A DNA stretch of 52,178 bases, taken from Octopus bimaculoides. Taxonomy: Eukaryota. The notes below the pieces were generated by a model. The model was not told the DNA's origin. It saw only the letters and a program-made list of their open reading frames with translations, and ran no database searches. The stretch's first letter is position 1; the number at the start of each line of letters is the position of its first letter. Location: positions 26,729,259 through 26,781,436 of the forward strand of contig NC_068983.1 in NCBI RefSeq assembly GCF_001194135.2. The letters run 5' to 3'. Shown piece by piece: positions 25,219 through 38,039 of the stretch. Position numbers and translations under genes: made by a program.

Positions 25219-25754
25219 TATTATATAGAACATCAGAGCAAGGAAGTATAGGATTTGAAAATTATTCATGAGGCAAAAAATATATATATTAGTGTGTTTT
25301 ATCCGGAATATAATTAGAATTATATTCAGCCTAAAACAAATTCCAAATATATTGTAATCAGTAATCTACTCATTATAAAACCCAATTAATATAATACTTA
25401 ACAAGAAAAAAAAAACCGTGTGGAATTACGCACTACATTGTGTGAGCGTTCTTTCCTATCTACCCTTATCCATTTGTAATTTCCCAGTTGAAAGGCACCC
25501 GATTCATTTGCAGTAGTTTTTTACTTTCACAAATTATTGAACAAATTTACTGTAGATTTGCACTACAGTTTTTCTCAAATCTTGAATTCCTTAGTTGAAA
25601 ATTTAAAAAGAAAACACACAAAATAATGAGTGCCTGGCTATGGACGAAATAGAATTAAACGCTTATTTACACTCCTCTCAGATTTGTGTACAATACAACG
25701 TTATATTTCGCATGATATTCATGATGTTTTTAAACCAGAACTTAATGAAATAAC

Positions 25755-25827
<73 letters not shown>

Positions 25828-25990
25828 TATGCAGCAGCATCAGCATCTGTAGTAGTAGTAGTAGTAGTAGTTTAAAAAAGGAGGAAGAAGAAACGAATTT
25901 AATAAGTAGATGATGATGATGATGATGACGATAATGCTGATCCTCATTATCATCATGGCGATAGTAGTAGTGGTGGTAATGGTGGTAATG
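25755..25990. repeat. (GTA)n microsatellite followed by degenerate GAT/GGT repeats
   Basis: Direct array; the source of the poly-V ORF. Confidence 0.95.
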
Positions 25991-26519
25991 GTGATAATCT
26001 TGTTGTCCTTGGTAGTGGTGATGGTAAAGATAAGGATTTTGATATTGAGTTTGATAAAGCAGTGATTACTGACATTTTGATAATGATACTTACTTTTTAT
26101 ATACATTAAGGATTTGGAAAATTTATATATACTTGTCCATGGATTAAATTAAATCTAGCAGCTGAGGTTCTTATTTATAAATACTAAAATAATTTGCAGC
26201 ATGTAATAATCTATCAGTTTACTTACAAAATCCTGTTGTTTTTGCGCGCATGTTGTTTATTTCCTTATGAACTAATTTCATACATTAGTCATCGCAACAC
26301 AACATACTGCAAAATAGCCATCAATTACGCAGCCTACTTGAATTTGCAGATCTTTCTCGTTTCTTTCCAACCACTCGAAACATTTTCAATTTTCAATGGA
26401 TTGTTCAAATTTTCCATACTGATGTAGTTTTACCATGCTGATGAAGAAAATCGCATTAAATGTTTTGAAAAATGAATAGTAAACAAGTTAGAAGCATTTA
26501 ATTATATGTAATTTTAGAC

Positions 26520-27025
26520 ACGGGAGAACTATGAGTGTCACCGTGCTGTTTATCCTCTCCCTTGTGACAGGTCCGTGTGCTTTCTACTTGTTGAGTATGA
26601 GTTCCAAACTACAGCGAAATCGCTCCTTTGTTATTTTAGGAATATCCGAGTATGTGCAATACAGGTCACCGTGAATAGTTATCCTCGGTAGAATGGATTA
26701 TCGAATGCAATCTCCGAGTGCATCACGATATCGACATGGCAAAGCGAAAAGAGAAACAAAACTTCTCAAAATTCGCGTTACACGACGCTGGAAACCCACT
26801 GTTCAGGTAGCATTCGGACCCCTATTCTTGTATATACTTCTCAAAAATAGAGTTTCGTCTATTTCAACAATTCCTCTGGGACCAACCTCAATCTTCATAG
26901 GATCATAGAACAAATCTTCTGCTCATATCTACTGTAAATCAATGTTATAATCTACTGTGATAGTAGTGACATCTATCCCCAATTCTTTCTTATAGAATCT
27001 AATAGTGGTCCACCGGTACGCTGGT
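26520..27025 (-). mobile_element. Decayed Merlin (IS1016/IS1595-like DDE) transposase fragment
   Basis: Minus-strand translation across frameshifts reads YRWTTIRFYKKELGIDVTTITVDY..AEDLFYDPMKIEVGPRGIVEIDETLF..RG / RMLPEQWV.. / ILPRITIHGDLYCTYSDIP / GTHTQQVES. This matches the Merlin motifs VEIDES, RGR..QWVFG, ILPGTTIHSD.W..Y and HTQ.VES. Confidence 0.85.
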
Positions 27026-27143
27026 GTTACCATGACAACAAAAGTGTCCTCACTGCTGAAGACACTGGCTTAAAATTCGTTGGCTATGGTGCGTAAATAT
27101 AAATGATTTTAAATAATTCTCTATTATAGATTTTCCAAAATAA

Positions 27144-27341
27144 TGTTTTCAAAGCTAACAAGGTTGACGGAGGGAACAAGTTGATTACATCGACCCTAGG
27201 GTTTAAGTGGTACTTATTTCATCGAACCTGAAAAGATGAATGGCACATTTGACCTCAGCAGAATTTTAACATAGAAGGTAAAGACGGGCAAAATGCCGCT
27301 AAGCATTTTGTTCGGGGTGCGAAAGAGTCTGCCGCTCGCTG
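27144..27341 (-). mobile_element. SINE family A, full length and diverged
   Basis: GATTACATCGACCCTAG..GGTACTTATTTCATCGA..GTAAAGACGGGCAAAATGCCGCTAAGCATTTTG. Confidence 0.8.
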
Positions 27342-29317
27342 TATTAATTTTTCGGTATAATAATGGCGATATTTGTTACTAGCAGATAAAACTATATCAA
27401 AATTACGTTTTGGAAAACTTCTCAGATTAAGATTTATAGTTGGAAGAAAACGAAATAAAAATCCGTGTTTATTATCGTGAAATAATTAAAATTTTAATGG
27501 TATCTGAAAGGAAGCCAGAAGTGTCATACGAATATTGCATCATGTCAAAACTGTTTGGTAATACATTAAAGGAAGCGGTCAGTCTCAGTCGGTCTCGCTT
27601 CGCAGTCAACCTCAAGAATGCAAGTCGACGTTTATGTTTTATGAAAGCACAATTCTCATTTAAGCGTCAACTTTTGACCTGCTTTATATTTATTTCCTTC
27701 GTTCTTACAATAGATGTCTCACACGCGTCATATTTTTTTCTGGGCACGTTACAGTTTTAGTCTATAATATTAGCACTTAGAAATATCGCTACGAATTGCT
27801 TTCGTTACTAAAATTTTATAACGGAAAACTTAGCGGGATTGGAACTAGTCGAACATATTGTTCAATGCGCTAGATTGCATGAATTAAAAGTTCTATTCTA
27901 ACAGTGAAATAAAGCATTAATAGCAAAGTAATGATTTGGGACCTAATTTACCATAAAAAATCAAGTGGGTAAAGCAAACAGTACCCAAGTTGAAAAATCT
28001 CCTGTATATCTCAAGTGGTAGAATAAAGAAACAAAAATTATGTAAGGCAAATTTCCAACGACATTTGGATATCAGAATAAAATGGGATTACTTGCTTTGG
28101 TTCCATCTCTTCAGCACTACAAAAATTGATTTTCCAGATCATCACTCCTCAAAATGTAAACCTCTTCGGTTTTATTTTCTGCATCAAAACCGACGTCATA
28201 CTTGCAGCTGCTGTTGATACTGAGGCGGTTCTTAACGTTGTTTATCCCGTTACCAATTTTTCAATAACACGTAAAACAAAAATTATTTAGCCATGTCTAT
28301 TCCATTTTCTTCACTGATAGGATATATTTGGGACGATATTATCTAATTGAACAAGGTAGAACGACCCATTTAAGATTTTCAATTTGACTTAAGTGAATAT
28401 GTTGGTTATTTCTTGCAGTTTAAGTGATTATGTAGAGGCTACACGTATTGCTCATTATTTTCAGATAAATTTGCAAATGTCTATCCTAAATGATTATACC
28501 GATAAAACTTCAAACTGAATATAAACCTGATCGATATTCTTGTTGTGAAACAGACTGCAAAGGTCAGAAGCACTTCTACTCCACCTCTGGCTACTTTATA
28601 AAAAGCATCTTAATTTTGATAAAATAGGGATTTGAATGTGAAATCTGGGTAACTTATAAATCATAACTTCTCCCCCTCAGGTACATTTCCTTACATCACG
28701 AAGTGTATTTTTTGATATGTGTATATATATATACTAAGAGCCGAAAATAAGACGCTAATCTCTGAAATAATTCAAAGGGGAAAATATGAATCATATCGAT
28801 ATTCTATATTCATTAGAATAGCAATTATAAAATGTTTGCCGCTAACTATAATCATTTTCATCCAACGAGAAATGATTGTTTTAAATATTATTTTAATTTT
28901 ATTATGGATATTGATTTCTTAAGAGTGTATTGAGTTTTCCCGGATTACAATTTGGTCATTTTTATCGTTTTAATTTTAAAAGTTGTTTTTATCGCTTATT
29001 TTCATCATTTTCACATTTTAGAATATTACGTTTTATTTCATTTTTTTTTCCTACTTTCAAGTTGTGTTACTCTAGCTTAATAAATTCGAGACGTCAACGA
29101 ATCGAAAATATGTATTAAAAATGTATCATCAATACTATATACTACCAATCTACATAGAAATACAAACCTGTTTATACATACTTTAATATATACACATAAA
29201 GTTTTATATAAAATGTGTCTGTGTGCGTACATAAGTGGGTGTGTGTATTTATAAACTAAACACACAAACACAGAGGCTTACATGCATACATGCATCCACA
29301 TATACAGACATATTTAT

Positions 29318-29351
<34 letters not shown>

Positions 29352-30412
29352 GGTACGTGCGCGCGCGTGTATAATGAGTGTAACAACTTCATGTTACAAC
29401 TACAATCTACATGGACATGTTTTGTTATATTCTATCTTTATATATTATTCTAACATTCTTTTTTATAATAACGTAATGTTCGAAAATTTTACGTGGTAGT
29501 TATCATTGTTTCGTGTTAGAAAGGTGTGTGTATGTTTCTCTGTATTTTTTAAATGATGTAATCATAACAGTTAAATACCCTTTAAGAATATTTCGCTATG
29601 AGTACATGTAAACAAAACTCAACAGAGAGAGCATTAAAACAATTTTTTGCGTGATAGTTTTACTAAATTGTAGGAGAAAGCCATAATACTTAGTTATATT
29701 CAAGACACACTAATGATACTATTATATTTTGATTTGAATTAGCTTTTACATAGAAAACATTCAGTTTTCCTATAGGTTATCCTAAAAATGTTGGGTAGCA
29801 TATATTTTATTACCTCCGAAAGTATTTTCACATGTGCGTGCGTGAAAATATTAGCGTTTTGAAATTAAAGGAGTCTCAAGCAAACATTAAACGACTTAGA
29901 CAACACGTGAGGAAATTCTTTGTTTCAAAGGAAACATCTAATATTTTACAATAAATTATTCTTTTTCAAAAATCAGTTATGTATGCAAGACTAGTGTGTT
30001 ATCGTTGTTTTAATGTTCTGAAAGTATAATTATGCCGATAATATCGTCTCGTAAATTTATTTGCTTTTAACTCTATGTAATCTAGTCCGTTCTGATGATG
30101 TCAGATGTGACAGAGGTTCCAAAGATATCGGAATTTATCATTGACTACAGAGATAAGTTTTGTAAATGGAAATTTCTCATACTATTAATGTTATTTTATT
30201 TCTGGTAATTTCAATTGGTCATTATTTTTTATTCTTCTTAATGGACGTCATTGTGTTAACAATGACGTTTATTGTTGAATCTCGAGTGAAATTCGGTTGA
30301 AGTTTTTTTCCCAATGGCTGGTCAGTTGCAAACATATATACTTTCATGCACACACGATCGCACACGCATACACACATACACACACATACACACACATACA
30401 TACACACGTACG

Positions 30413-30448
<36 letters not shown>

Positions 30449-30494
30449 TACATACACACACGCACGCAGACACACGGAGAAACACACATACATT

Positions 30495-30830
30495 GTGCCA
30501 TCCCATAAATAATGTATTTCTTTTAATTGCATGAACTAAAGATCGGAGCAGGATAGGATAAACTACGTGCATCAACTTGCTCGAAAAACAGGCAGTAGCT
30601 TTAACTGGTCCTTATAGTAAATGAAGTTTTGAAGAGTGCTTTTTGGTTTTTAACAGTTATCTTTTCAAAGCTATAATTTAAGTGACAAAGGAGCATATTC
30701 CACATATTTTGCTTCATGAGTTCAATAAAGGCAACAACGCAGAGGAAAGTGCGAGGAATATTAATGCAGTGTATAGGGATCGGACAATATGCGTAAGCCA
30801 GTGTCAACGGTGGTTCCTGGAGTTGAAAGG
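30495..30830 (+). mobile_element. 5' part of a second mariner-type element (N-terminal transposase HTH)
   Basis: VTKEHIPHILLHEFNKGNNAEESARNINAVYRDRTICVSQCQRWF is a typical mariner N-terminus (EF.KG.NA.E.AR.I..VYG.......QRWF). Confidence 0.8.
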
Positions 30831-30929
30831 TCATCCACCGGTACAAACTCTTCTCTGAATACGAACTTGGATGGTCACTTCAACGAGAACTACGTCAACT
30901 CGTGCCCTCCAACTTCACCACCACATGCC

Positions 30930-31025
30930 CCACGGAAACACAAATGGACCCGAGAAGAGCATACAGAAGTAATATTGGCTTATTACTATACATCACGCAG
31001 GCCATCTGCAGAGAAACACACCGCA
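30930..31025 (+). mobile_element. N-terminal fragment of an R4/Dong-like non-LTR retrotransposon ORF
   Basis: RKHKWTREEHTEVILAYYY resembles the R(K)xKWTxExNxxVMxxYY N-terminal motif recalled from R4/Dong elements. Confidence 0.5.
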
Positions 31026-31205
31026 TACTCTTATCTTCCCCTTTTTATCTATCAATGGATAATTTGGTGTGTTTATTTTAATTTATACAATGCGTTGCTC
31101 TGCATTAGGTGTCAGGAATTCACTTGGCAAGAAGTGAAAACAGAATTGAAAGATGGTGATGAAAAGAAGAAGAAGAAGAAGAAGAAGAAGAAGAAGAAGA
31201 AGAAG

Positions 31206-31397
31206 AATACTTTCTACTAAAATTACAAGGCCTGAAATTTGGGGATTAGTCGATTACATCGACTCATTATTTCACTGGTACTTAATTTATCGACCCCAAA
31301 AAGATGGATGGCAAAGTCGACTTCGGCGGAATTCGAACTCAGAACGTAAAAAACCGTGGAAATGCAGCAAAGCATATTGCTCGGCGTTCTAACGATT
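31206..31397 (-). mobile_element. SINE family A, adjacent to (AAG)n at 31164-31205
   Basis: GTCGATTACATCGAC..CACTGGTACTTAATTTATCGACCCC..GGCAAAGTCGACTTCGGCGGAATTCGAACTCAGAACGT. Confidence 0.88.
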
Positions 31398-31429
31398 TAA
31401 CAACATCAATAATAACACCAACAGCAACA

Positions 31430-31471
31430 AGAACAAGAACAACAACAACAACAAAAATAATAATAATAATG

Positions 31472-31525
<54 letters not shown>

Positions 31526-31574
31526 TTAAAAACAATAATAATAATAACAATACTAATAATAATAATAGACGTGT
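31430..31574. repeat. (AAC)n(AAT)n microsatellite before an N-gap
   Basis: Direct array. Confidence 0.95.
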
Positions 31575-31852
31575 NNNNNNNNNNNNNNNNNNNNNNNNNN
31601 NNNNNNNNNNNNNNNNNNNNNNNNNNNNNNNNNNNNNNNNNNNNNNNNNNNNNNNNNNNNNNNNNNNNNNNNNNNNNNNNNNNNNNNNNNNNNNNNNNNN
31701 NNNNNNNNNNNNNNNNNNNNNNNNNNNNNNNNNNNNNNNNNNNNNNNNNNNNNNNNNNNNNNNNNNNNNNNNNNNNNNNNNNNNNNNNNNNNNNNNNNNN
31801 NNNNNNNNNNNNNNNNNNNNNNNNNNNNNNNNNNNNNNNNNNNNNNNNNNNN

Positions 31853-31958
31853 TGAAACCTATTTGAAAATGATACCAGGCTTACCATCCCTACAGGAAGT
31901 ACAAAAAATCTTGCTAACTGGAACGACTCATGTACTGAGAAGAGTATTATCGCTGTGA
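31853..31958 (+). mobile_element. C-terminal end of an R4/Dong-like (RLE) retrotransposon ORF
   Basis: ETYLKMIPGLPSLQEVQKILLTGTTHVLRRVLSL* matches the lQk.vl.gta.ilRrvL C-terminus of RLE-type elements. Confidence 0.75.
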
Positions 31959-32157
31959 AAACAACATTCATTCATAATTTTTTTTTTCTTAAATACATGT
32001 TTTACCTGTGAATTTGCGTGTGTAAACTGGGAATGCATACAACATGTTTCTCTGCCCTAGCTGTACGGAAAACACTCGGCGAGAAATGGAAGAACATTTG
32101 AAGAAAGAAGAAAAAAACAACATAATAATAATAATAATAACAATAATAATTCACAAA

Positions 32158-32540
32158 GGCGTAGGAGTGGCAGTGTGGTAAGTAGCTTGCTTCCGAATCA
32201 CATGGTTCCGGGTTCAGTCCCACTGCCTGGCACGTTGGGCAAGTGTCTTCTACTATAGCCACGGCCGACCAAAGCCTTGTGAGTGGATTTGGTAGACGGA
32301 AACTGAAAGAAGCCCGTCGTATATATGTATGTGTGTCTGTGTTTGTCCCCCCAACATCGCTTGACAACCGATACTGGTCTGTTTACATCCCCGTAACTTA
32401 CCGGTCCGTCAAAAGAATCGATAGAATAGGTACTAGGCTTACAAAGAATAAGTCCTGGGGTCGATTAGCTCGACTAAATGCGTTGCTCCAGCATGGCCAC
32501 ATTCAAATGACTGAACAAGTAAAAGAGGAAAGAGTAAAAG
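32158..32540 (+). mobile_element. tRNA-derived SINE family B, best-preserved full-length copy
   Basis: It has an A-box TGGCAGTGTGG, a B-box-like GGTTCAGTCCC, a central GGCAAGTGTCTTCTACTATAGCC and a CR1-like tail TGCTCCAGCATGGCCAC..AAGTAAAAGA. Confidence 0.9.
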
Positions 32541-32544
32541 AGAT

Positions 32545-33275
32545 AATTGTAGAAAATGGTAGTAGTGACACATGGTTACGTTTCCTGAAAACGAGGCTGA
32601 TAAGTGAGCCAAAGATTGTTAGTAGCAGCATAAAATCAAGCATTGAGGACTCATTGGATAGAAGACAAGAAACACAATAACTAGGTCCGTTTCCAATGTA
32701 GGTTACGCAAATCAAAATTGGAATGTGTTACTCAGATAGTATGTGAATGTTACATACTGTTACAGAAAGAATATAACAAGGACATGACATCATAGGGAAA
32801 GTAATGCACTGAGAGATATGTAGAAAGGTAGGATTTGACCATATACGATAAACGGTATGGACATGAACTTCGTAATGTACTAGAAAGTAAGAAATATGAG
32901 ATGTTGCGAAACTTCAACATTCAGATGGACAGAATAATAGAAACTACAAAGCATGAATAAGAGAATAGAAAGTTCCAGGTAATTGATTTTACTGGGCCAA
33001 ATGATAAGAAGGTCAATATGAGAAGTATTAAAAAGTAGCAACGTACCAGTACCTAGGGGTATTGGGAACTATTTGGGAACAGACGGATAGAGGAAATTGT
33101 CATAAAAATTAGTTTAGTGCAGCTCCAGAAAACAGTATTATGATGGACTGCTAGAATATTTATGTGGGTTCCTTTACATCTAAATTTACTTGCTGTAGCC
33201 GGATGTTAGGATTCTTTCTTTTACAACAGTTTAATCTGTTGTGCGTATATGAAATAATAATAATTTTATAGATAG
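32545..33275 (+). mobile_element. Decayed 3' part of an R4/Dong-like retrotransposon (zinc knuckle plus restriction-like endonuclease), with 3' UTR and (AAT)n tail
   Basis: Translated pieces include VAA*NQALRTHW, ECVTQIVCEC..LQKEY..HDIIGKVMH*EICRKVGFDH, NVLESKKYEML.NFNIQMDRIIE, ENRKFQVIDF and KISLVQLQKTVL*WTARI. Confidence 0.85.
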
Positions 33276-33279
33276 ATAG

Positions 33280-33346
33280 GCACCTAGACAGACTGACAGA
33301 GACAGACAGGCAGACAGACAGACAGATCGATCGATCGATCGATGGG

Positions 33347-33387
<41 letters not shown>

Positions 33388-33388
33388 G
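33280..33388. repeat. (GATA)n/(GACA)n/(GATC)n microsatellite
   Basis: Direct array. Confidence 0.95.
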
Positions 33389-34137
33389 AATGTGTGTATG
33401 ACACACTACCTAAGGTAATTAGAAATAAGTGTATAGCTTCAGCGAAAAAATTATGGCAGTATCAACTAGATTATTTCCGTACTCACATTTTAAAACAATC
33501 GTTTCAAAAACTTGCAGCACCTTCCAGGAACATAATGAATTGTCACGAATAAAAATACAGAATGGGAATTAATTTAGTCGAGAGGAAACAATGCGTATAT
33601 GAACTCCTATACTGAAAATTATATGCAATATGAAATTTTGTGAGGTATCATTAAATGTGTTTTATTTATTTAACAACGCACACCTGTCATGCGACCATTT
33701 ACTACATAATGTTTTGGCTTCTAAATGAGAGGAGAAATAAAGCGTACTTACCTGTCAACACATTATTCTCTGCTGAAATGTAAATCACCAGTTATAATCC
33801 TCATATATCGGCATTGAGGTTAGCACTTATAGAATTATATTCTGGACAAGGAATATAGGAACAAGAAAACTTTACTCCATCTGTAAAATATATTTGAATG
33901 AATATAATTGTATATTATTTGTATTTTTTTTATTCCTCACATATCCATGGAATGTAGGCCACTCACGATTTTCTTTGTAGAACAGATTTTTGACAGACAT
34001 GGAAAGGGATTCCATTGTTTTCAAACACGTAATTCTTGTATAAAACTTTAAAGGCTTTGCTTCACTGCATTAAGTGAGGCAGAATTTTCACTGATGCTTT
34101 TGAGGAAATGAACACACACAAACACACGCACACACAG

Positions 34138-34175
<38 letters not shown>

Positions 34176-37100
34176 ACGCACATACTCCGATACATATTCA
34201 CACACAAAAATATTAATACTTATATGCATTCATATGTATATGCGTAAATTTATACACACACAGGTGTACGTATGTGAGTATGTGGTTACGAAATAGTTTT
34301 GTATTTTCGTTTACATTTAAAATGCATTATTCTACCAATTATTATTTTATTATGAAAATCAAGTTTTAATGCATTTGATCGCAAGGTCAATTCCAGGAGA
34401 AAACATGCAGAAATATCTTTCCACTCATTATATTTTTAAATGATGATTTCAGTTTTTTTGAGTTCTTAAATCCTACCACTTCTCACTGGTTACACCATCA
34501 GCATCTAATCAACATCATCAGAATAATCATCAACAACATCAATCACCATCAACGTCTCCTTCGTTGTCGTTAGCACCACAAACAGTCATTCGCGTATAGA
34601 AGAGTATTCTACTTGACAAGCGGTAGTTATTGATTAACTTCAGACAATCTGTGATGGACATGATGTATGAGCAAAAATATTAAGCCCGTGCGTATTTAAT
34701 TACCCTTTCATGATGTAAACTACATTTTGTGATTTTAAGGAGATTTGGTTGCAGTTTCTAGCCAGTCGATGGACTACATCTAGGTTATCTAGTTGTCTCT
34801 TGGCATGGTAATTAATGAAGGTGTTAATTCCATTGCGCAAACGGCATTCATTATTGCGTTATTTTCCTTCGAGGAATATTAGTCACAACACCTATTGTTC
34901 GAAAATTTCCTGCGTAAAAAAGAAAATAATCGAATATGAATTGGTATTTGTTTTATTTCAATATTTTGTGAATTTGTTTTTATTTAAGTATCTTTCTAAA
35001 TTTTATCGAAATGTCTTTTCACGATCACCTTTCAAATTTAAGCCAGTGGATGGTAACTGATGGAATAAAACACAACACTTCAAGTAATTCCAAAGTATTC
35101 GTTGAAACAAAGAGCTTTTATCTTAACTTCGAATCTCTAAAAACGTGCAAATGCGACACGGTTTCAATACTATTGCACTATAGCTTTAATAGAAATCCTC
35201 ACAATTTTTTCAATATATTTGCTCGTATTATTTGATCTCAATTTTCTAATGCATCCATTATACAGATGTTTTCTTTATATCTGTTAGCATCCACTGAGAG
35301 GCTTTGAAGCTGCAACAGCATTATTGGAAATGGATTTTTGCTTGCATTGCTTTACATTTATATGTAATATTTATAAAATAGAGATACAAAGACGATCACA
35401 TGAAAGGAATGGACGAGACGTCTACCAACAGTGTTTTTGTGATTAGTTTACTGAGTTAAATACTTGCTCAAACTTTCTTTCCAAATATGTTTGTATAGAC
35501 GTAGGCTACCCATGATTAGCTGGCTTTTCATGAAATGCTGAATTAAATTTTTTTTAAAGTTTTGAATAGAGAGAAGAAAAAAGAACATATATATAGATAG
35601 ATTTAAATGAGTTGTATATTCAATAGAATCTGCTCTTATGTGAACATATAATATATAAACCCTTGCGGTGTCTGTAAATGCATTGCCGACTCTGACACCA
35701 CTTGAAATGAAGACAGCGATCACATATGACATTACGTAACCAATCATGCGTAATCCTTTCCTAGATTTCCATATTAAACTCTATCACACGCACAAAGACA
35801 TACATTTACAAGCATACACGTATATATACGACAAAAAGCTACATATCCAACATAATATAAGTGTTCATAAACACATGAAAGCATACGTAGATATACTGAA
35901 TATATTCGTATATGTATACATTTATGATTACGAGAGAGAAGGTGTGCTTGTATATCTGTTCCTATATATGCTTGTATATATGTATATATACATAAAATAT
36001 ATGTATGGTTAGATATCTGTATGTAAACACACACACACATATATATGAATATATATATATATATANNNNNNNNNNNNNNNNNNNNNNNNNNNNNNNNNNN
36101 NNNNNNNNNNNNNNNNNNNNNNNNNNNNNNNNNNNNNNNNNNNNNNNNNNNNNNNNNNNNNNNNNNNNNNNNNNNNNNNNNNNNNNNNNNNNNNNNNNNN
36201 NNNNNNNNNNNNNNNNNNNNNNNNNNNNNNNNNNNNNNNNNNNNNNNNNNNNNNNNNNNNNNNNNNNNNNNNNNNNNNNNNNNNNNNNNNNNNNNNNNNN
36301 NNNNNNNNNNNNNNNNNNNNNNNNNNNNNNNNNNNNNNNNNNNNNNNNNNNNNNNNNNNNNNNNNNNNNNNNNNNNNNNNNTGTCCACTTATGTTTTCAT
36401 GAACTATTGATTTTTTTTCATGGCGGATATGTCGCTTTTCGTCAGCTTGGTTGGACATGTTTTTCTTATGCTGTAGTACAAATTTAATCAATCGGACTTC
36501 TGTTTCTGCTTCATAATCTACACAAACAATATTGGATCTATTTCAGGACCAGCTATATTAGTATTTCATTGAAATAACCAGATTATTGATTCCCCAAGGG
36601 AACATTGTCTATTATCGAACTGAGTAGGATTCGAAATCAGAAATTCCACATAAGTAACGATTAATTATAATCTGTCTCCTTTAAAATTCAAATAAAATAA
36701 TAACGTATGAGTAAATATTTACAATTACTTCTTTAGTCATTCCTGCATTGAGTATTTTAGCACTGTTTTATATATTGTGTTCATGAATAGTGTATTTTTG
36801 CAGAATTTCTCTAGGTGTATTATTTTTTCAATTTGTTTTTTTGTTCACACTTACTCTTGTACAATATGCGAAGAAATACTGGCTTTAATTAAGAGTAGTT
36901 ATGTGTGAAAAAACTCGCCAGATTTTCCTCCATAATACAATTAAAATAGTAATGATAATTAGAATAATGTAAACGCACAGGCAATAGATAATTTACTGCA
37001 GTATATGACCTGAGATATCATCAAGCATGAATATACGTATTATAGATAGCGCAGAATCTAAGTACACTGCATGATTCATTACATGTACCTGAGGCTGAGA

Positions 37101-37683
37101 TACATTTTAATGAAGCGATCTGATATCAAGTCAACTATCATTGACAATAATCTTCTAAAAGTATTCTTTCCAATTTCGGGAATCAGCTATGTAAGCTAAA
37201 GTCTCCGTAAATTGTAGAATATAGCTACGATATAGCAAAAGCATTGGGAGGACCTCAGGTCAGGTGCTAGTAAAATGTTGACGGTGGTAAGTTATGTTAA
37301 AGCAACAGAGAAACTTCAGGCTAAAACTTGCAAAATGTTTAAAAGGAATACCTCCCAGTTTTCATTTATTCAATACACATACGTAACTTTGAATGACCTA
37401 ATATGGCACACAGGTTCTACACAATATCATATACACACGCATGCACGCACACACACATGCACGCACACAGACTTAGACAAGCATGCATAGCAAACTATGT
37501 GATAAAACGTCTAAGTACATTTATGTTTACGTAATCCAATCAAGAGAAATAAAAAAAATTAAGCTTGGGTATAATATATACAAGCACTCACAGAACACAC
37601 ATGCACGAACGCACACATACATACACACATATATACACGACAATCTACTTTCAGTTTCCGTTTACCAAATACGCTCACAATGC

Positions 37684-37842
37684 TTTGGTCGGCATGTGGT
37701 TATAGTAAGAGATACTTACCCAGGGTGCAATGCAGAATATACATGTGCCCCGCAGCTTGCTTTACAACTACATCATTCCAGGTTCATTCCCACTGCGTGA
37801 CGTCTTAGGTAAATGTCCTCTGATGTATCCTCGGGCTGAAAA
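37684..37842. mobile_element. Two diverged SINE family B fragments head-to-head (37684-37735 minus, 37754-37842 plus)
   Basis: TTTGGTCGGC.TGTGGTTATAGT..GATACTTACCCAGGGTGC is the reverse complement of the central domain. GGTTCATTCCCACTGCGTGACGTCTTAGGTAAATGTC is the forward head and centre. Confidence 0.65.
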
Positions 37843-37953
37843 AACACCAGCGCGTAGTTTTCGCCGTCTCCATCTCGTCAGTGTTCTGTAGGGATGTGCA
37901 GATAAAGTTTGGATGATGAATATACTTCTAGGCTTCTTCAGAGGGTCTAAGTT

Positions 37954-38025
37954 GTTGGGAGGGTTATAAGAAACAGTTGGGAGGGTTATAAGAAACAGTT
38001 AACAATAAGAAACAATTAACAATAG
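37954..38025 (+). repeat. 22-bp tandem duplication GTTGGGAGGGTTATAAGAAACA x2 plus a degenerate continuation
   Basis: Exact copies start at 37954 and 37976. Confidence 0.9.
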
Positions 38026-38039
38026 GTACACTCTGTTTG

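Noticed and set aside
26531-26806. Plus-strand signal-peptide-like ORF MSVTVLFILSLVTG and a putative exon MAKRKEKQNFSKFALHDAGNPLF with a cadherin-like DxGxP
   Set aside because: The minus strand of the same DNA encodes clear Merlin transposase motifs, so the plus-strand readings are antisense shadows.
28130-28290. ~50-codon open frames on both strands after a TTTTCCAG acceptor
   Set aside because: No donor or recognisable motif is present; the length is within chance expectation.
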